NCBI GenBank assembly: GCA_963793305.1
Contig: CAWBZV010000022.1
Span: 1 to 32,679, forward strand
From: an uncultured Gemmatimonadales bacterium
GTDB taxonomy: Bacteria > Gemmatimonadota > Gemmatimonadetes > Gemmatimonadales > Gemmatimonadaceae
Reading direction: 5' to 3'
Length of the DNA stretch: 32,679 bases
In this document: piece after piece, positions 29,683 through 32,679 of the stretch
How positions within the stretch are numbered: the stretch's first letter is position 1
Layout of the letters: every line of letters starts with the position of its first letter
Position numbers and translations under genes: made by a program
Notes under the pieces: generated by a model
Seen by the model: only the letters and a program-made list of their open reading frames with translations
The model's database searches: none
What the model was told of the DNA's origin: nothing

Positions 29683-32115
29683 ATGGTGAAGACAGCGGTT
29701 GAGAAGGGCAGCCCTTCGCGAGCCACGCCGCTCGCCACCGAGCCGGCCCACGCGATGTGGTGGGCCGCCGCGGTCTGTTTGTTGGCGACGCTCATTCTCG
29801 CCTATCCGGCGCTGACCGGCGGCTTCCTGGTCACGCCGAGGAGCGACCAGTACATCGGCGGCTACATCGTGTGCGAGTTCGGCACGCACTGGTGGAAAGC
29901 AACCGGCCACATCCCACAGTGGAACCCGTACGTGTTCGGCGGGGTGCCCTACATCGCGGGAGCCGCGAACGGCGATGTGTTCTACCCCATGCAGCTCCTC
30001 CGCATGCTGGTCCCCTGCGATGTCGCACTCACGTGGTCGTTCATCATCCACGAGTTCCTCGCCGGATGGTTCACCTACCTGTTCCTGAGAGCGTTCGGCC
30101 TCTCCTTCTACGGCGCGCTCTTCGGCGGCCTGGCCTACATGCTCGGCGGCCCATTCGCCTCCTACGTCTCCCCAGGCCACGACGGGAAGATGTACGTGAG
30201 CGCGTTGTTCCCGATGATCTGTATGGTGGCGCTCTACGCGATGCGCGGCCGCCGGTGGGCCTACCCGACGCTCGCGCTCCTCGTCGGTCTCGGGATCCTG
30301 ACGCCGCACCCGCAGGTCATGCAGTACTGTCTGCTCGGGATGGGCGCGGTCGCCCTGTATGCGGTCTTCTGGGAGCCCGACCGCGCGGACCGGGTCTCTC
30401 GCCAGGTCGCGTTCCAGCGTCTAGGCCTCTTGCTCGTCGCTGTCGCCGCCGGTCTCTTGATCGCCGCGATCTACTACGGGCCGTTCCTCTCCTACATCCC
30501 GTTCTCGCCACGGGCGGGTGGCGGCAACGCGAGCACGGGGCTCGAGCCGTACCAGTTCGTGACGCAGTTCTCGCTGCCGCCCGAGGAGATCCTGAATACG
30601 TACTTGCCCGAATTCACGGGCATCCTCGACAACTATTTCGGGCGGAACGGCATCCATCACCACAGTGAGTTCATTGGTGCCGCCGTCTACATGCTGGCCT
30701 TCGCCGGCTTCTTCGCCGCGCCCGCGGGCGAGAAGCGGCGCGGCGTCCGGTTCTGGCTGATCGTGGCCGTCATCGGCTTCTTGTGGTCGTTGGGCGGCGC
30801 CACGCCGTTCTATCACCTGATTTATTACCTCGTGCCCGGCACGAAGTATTTCCGCGCGCCGTCGGCGTTCTTTTTCATAACGTCGTTCGCCATCGCCGCG
30901 CTCGCGGGCGAGGGCGTCGATACCATGATCGCGCGGCGCGTGAGCCGCACCTACGTGTTCATTGCGATGGGATTCGCCGCATTCATCGCGGTCCTGGCCG
31001 TGTCGGGCGCGCTCGTCACGTTCGCCGGCACATTTGCCCCGACTCAGGCGTACGAGAAGGTCTTGGCCAACGCACCGTCCGTGACGTTCGGCGCCATTCG
31101 CGCGCTGGTGGTCGTGCTGCTCGTCGGCGGCGCGATCCTCGTGGTCTCGCGCGAGCGGGCAGATCCGGTCATTGGCGCCTACCTCGTGACCGCCGTGATG
31201 GTGGTCGAGCTGTGGAGTGTCGAGCGGCTCTACTGGAAGTTCTCGCCACCGGCGTCGATCACGTTCGCGTCCGACGCCGCGCTCGACGCGATCAATCGCG
31301 AGCCGCAGCCGGGTCGCCTCTTGGCGATCCCGCTCGCCGAGGGCGCGGCGTGGCACGACCCGGAGTTCGGCGGGAACTTGCCGATGGTGCATGGCGTGCG
31401 AGAGGCCATGGGGTATCACGGCAACGAGCTCCGCCGCTATGACAACCTGATCGCCGATCGCGAGATCGGCAGTCCTCAGATCTGGCGACTGCTGAACGTC
31501 CGGTTCTTGCTTACGAACGTGGACTCGGTGCCCATTCCCGGCGCGACCAAGGTCGTCGGCCCCATCAAGAACGCCGCGGGATCCATCGTGGACCTCTACC
31601 GCTTGCCAGGAGACAACCCCGTCGCGTGGGTCACGCCGATCGCGGTGCGCGCGCCGGACGAGCAGTCGCTCACCACGGTGCAGGATCCACGGTTCGATCC
31701 GCTCCGCGCGGCGATCTTCGACACGTCGGCGCACGTGCCGGTCGCGACAGATGTCAAAGCCCTGCCTGAGCCCTTGCCGGTGACGGTCACCAGCACGCGG
31801 TACGACCCCGGGCACATGACGTTCAAGCTGAGCGCGCCGGCGCCGGCGAACGCGTCGCTCGTGGTGTCCGAGAACTACTACCCCGGTTGGACGGCGACGG
31901 TGGACGGTCATCCGGCACAGACCGGTCGTGCCGACTACACGCTCATTGGCGTGCCGCTACCGACCGGTGCCATGACGATCGACCTCGAGTTCCACGATCC
32001 GGCGCTCCCCCTCGGCGAAAAAATCACGTTCGCGATGCTGATCGTGACCGTGGCGTGGCTCGGCCTGACGCTCGTCCGTCGTCAGCCGTCGCTACGATCG
32101 GAGGCGGCCGCATAG
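29683..32115 (+). CDS. YfhO-family multi-TM GT-C-type glycosyltransferase
   Basis: PQWNPYVFGGVPY, FYP, GHDGK, many TM helices, large soluble domain with LVVSENYYPGWTATVDG and a final TM helix. ATG 29683 preferred over 29617, which lies in the repeat. Confidence 0.85.
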   Translation: MVKTAVEKGSPSRATPLATEPAHAMWWAAAVCLLATLILAYPALTGGFLVTPRSDQYIGGYIVCEFGTHWWKATGHIPQWNPYVFGGVPYIAGAANGDVFYPMQLLRMLVPCDVALTWSFIIHEFLAGWFTYLFLRAFGLSFYGALFGGLAYMLGGPFASYVSPGHDGKMYVSALFPMICMVALYAMRGRRWAYPTLALLVGLGILTPHPQVMQYCLLGMGAVALYAVFWEPDRADRVSRQVAFQRLGLLLVAVAAGLLIAAIYYGPFLSYIPFSPRAGGGNASTGLEPYQFVTQFSLPPEEILNTYLPEFTGILDNYFGRNGIHHHSEFIGAAVYMLAFAGFFAAPAGEKRRGVRFWLIVAVIGFLWSLGGATPFYHLIYYLVPGTKYFRAPSAFFFITSFAIAALAGEGVDTMIARRVSRTYVFIAMGFAAFIAVLAVSGALVTFAGTFAPTQAYEKVLANAPSVTFGAIRALVVVLLVGGAILVVSRERADPVIGAYLVTAVMVVELWSVERLYWKFSPPASITFASDAALDAINREPQPGRLLAIPLAEGAAWHDPEFGGNLPMVHGVREAMGYHGNELRRYDNLIADREIGSPQIWRLLNVRFLLTNVDSVPIPGATKVVGPIKNAAGSIVDLYRLPGDNPVAWVTPIAVRAPDEQSLTTVQDPRFDPLRAAIFDTSAHVPVATDVKALPEPLPVTVTSTRYDPGHMTFKLSAPAPANASLVVSENYYPGWTATVDGHPAQTGRADYTLIGVPLPTGAMTIDLEFHDPALPLGEKITFAMLIVTVAWLGLTLVRRQPSLRSEAAA

Positions 32116-32679
32116 TGGGGCGACTCCGCGCCTCGGGGGAGTTCGGCGAGGAGACCGGCGCGCTCACGGAGCATGAGCGCGCGCTGGTGATCGTGCCGAC
32201 GTACAACGAGAAGCCGAACATCGAGCGGCTGATCGCGGCGGTGCTGGCGCAGGATCCCCGGCTCGAGGTGCTGGTGGTCGACGACAACTCGGCCGATGGC
32301 ACGGGGGCGATCGTCGACGCGCTGGCCGAGTGCGACGCGCGCGTGCATGCGTTGCATTGGCCGGGGAAGATGGGGCTCGGCACGGCGTACGTGGCCGGGT
32401 TCCGGTGGGCGCTCGAGCGGGACTACGCGTACGTGTTCGAGATGGACGCGGATTTCTCGCACGATCCGGCGCACCTCACGGATTTCTTGAAGGCGATCCA
32501 GGGCGCCGATCTCGTGCTCGGCTCCCGGTATCGCAAGGGCCGGGTGACGGTCGTCAACTGGCCGATGTCGCGCCTCATCCTGAGCTACTTCGCCAACGTC
32601 TATGCCCGGGCGGTGACCGGTTTGCACCTCGACGACTCGACCGGCGGGTTCAAGTGCTTTCGCCGGTCGGTGCTGGAGG
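32115..32679 (+). CDS. polyprenol monophosphomannose synthase (Ppm1/DPM1-like GT2), 3'-truncated; not in the supplied ORF track
   Basis: Translated by hand: ALVIVPTYNEKPNI, VVDDNSADGTG, GKMGLGTAYVAGF, FEMDADFSHDP, DLVLGSRY, NWPMSRL, DSTGGFKCFRR. Confidence 0.9.
   Translation, partial: MGRLRASGEFGEETGALTEHERALVIVPTYNEKPNIERLIAAVLAQDPRLEVLVVDDNSADGTGAIVDALAECDARVHALHWPGKMGLGTAYVAGFRWALERDYAYVFEMDADFSHDPAHLTDFLKAIQGADLVLGSRYRKGRVTVVNWPMSRLILSYFANVYARAVTGLHLDDSTGGFKCFRRSVLE

Overview
GC-rich bacterial chromosomal window. Gene order and protein sequences suggest Gemmatimonadota (inference). Positions 1-23169 are one co-directional, mostly translationally coupled run: DUF177, rpmF, plsX, fabH-fabD-fabG-acpP-fabF, futalosine menaquinone genes mqnE-mqnA-mqnC, ispF, xerD, trpG/pabA, an outer-membrane protein, kdsB-pyrG-kdsA-kdsC-kdsD, lptC, an lptA-like gene, lptB, rpoN, a GT2 glycosyltransferase and an ICMT-family methyltransferase. 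Positions 23166-32679 are a compact alternating-strand region: a small GIY-YIG nuclease, a secreted DUF4384-like protein and a glycan-modification cluster (acyltransferase, deacetylase, GT4, flippase-like protein, SAM methyltransferase, YfhO GT-C, polyprenol-P-mannose synthase). Five genes carry single +1 insertions that most likely are assembly errors. The best leads are: (1) a putative D-(S/T)-X protein O-glycosylation system with a selected DSTRR array on LptC; (2) a sigma54 -24/-12 site heading the Kdo/Lpt/rpoN run; (3) an LptB with an extra ~150-aa N-terminal domain; (4) a REP-like direct and inverted repeat element at 29497-29627; (5) a CX5CX2C radical-SAM motif in MqnE. I recognised no tRNA, rRNA, CRISPR array or transposase.
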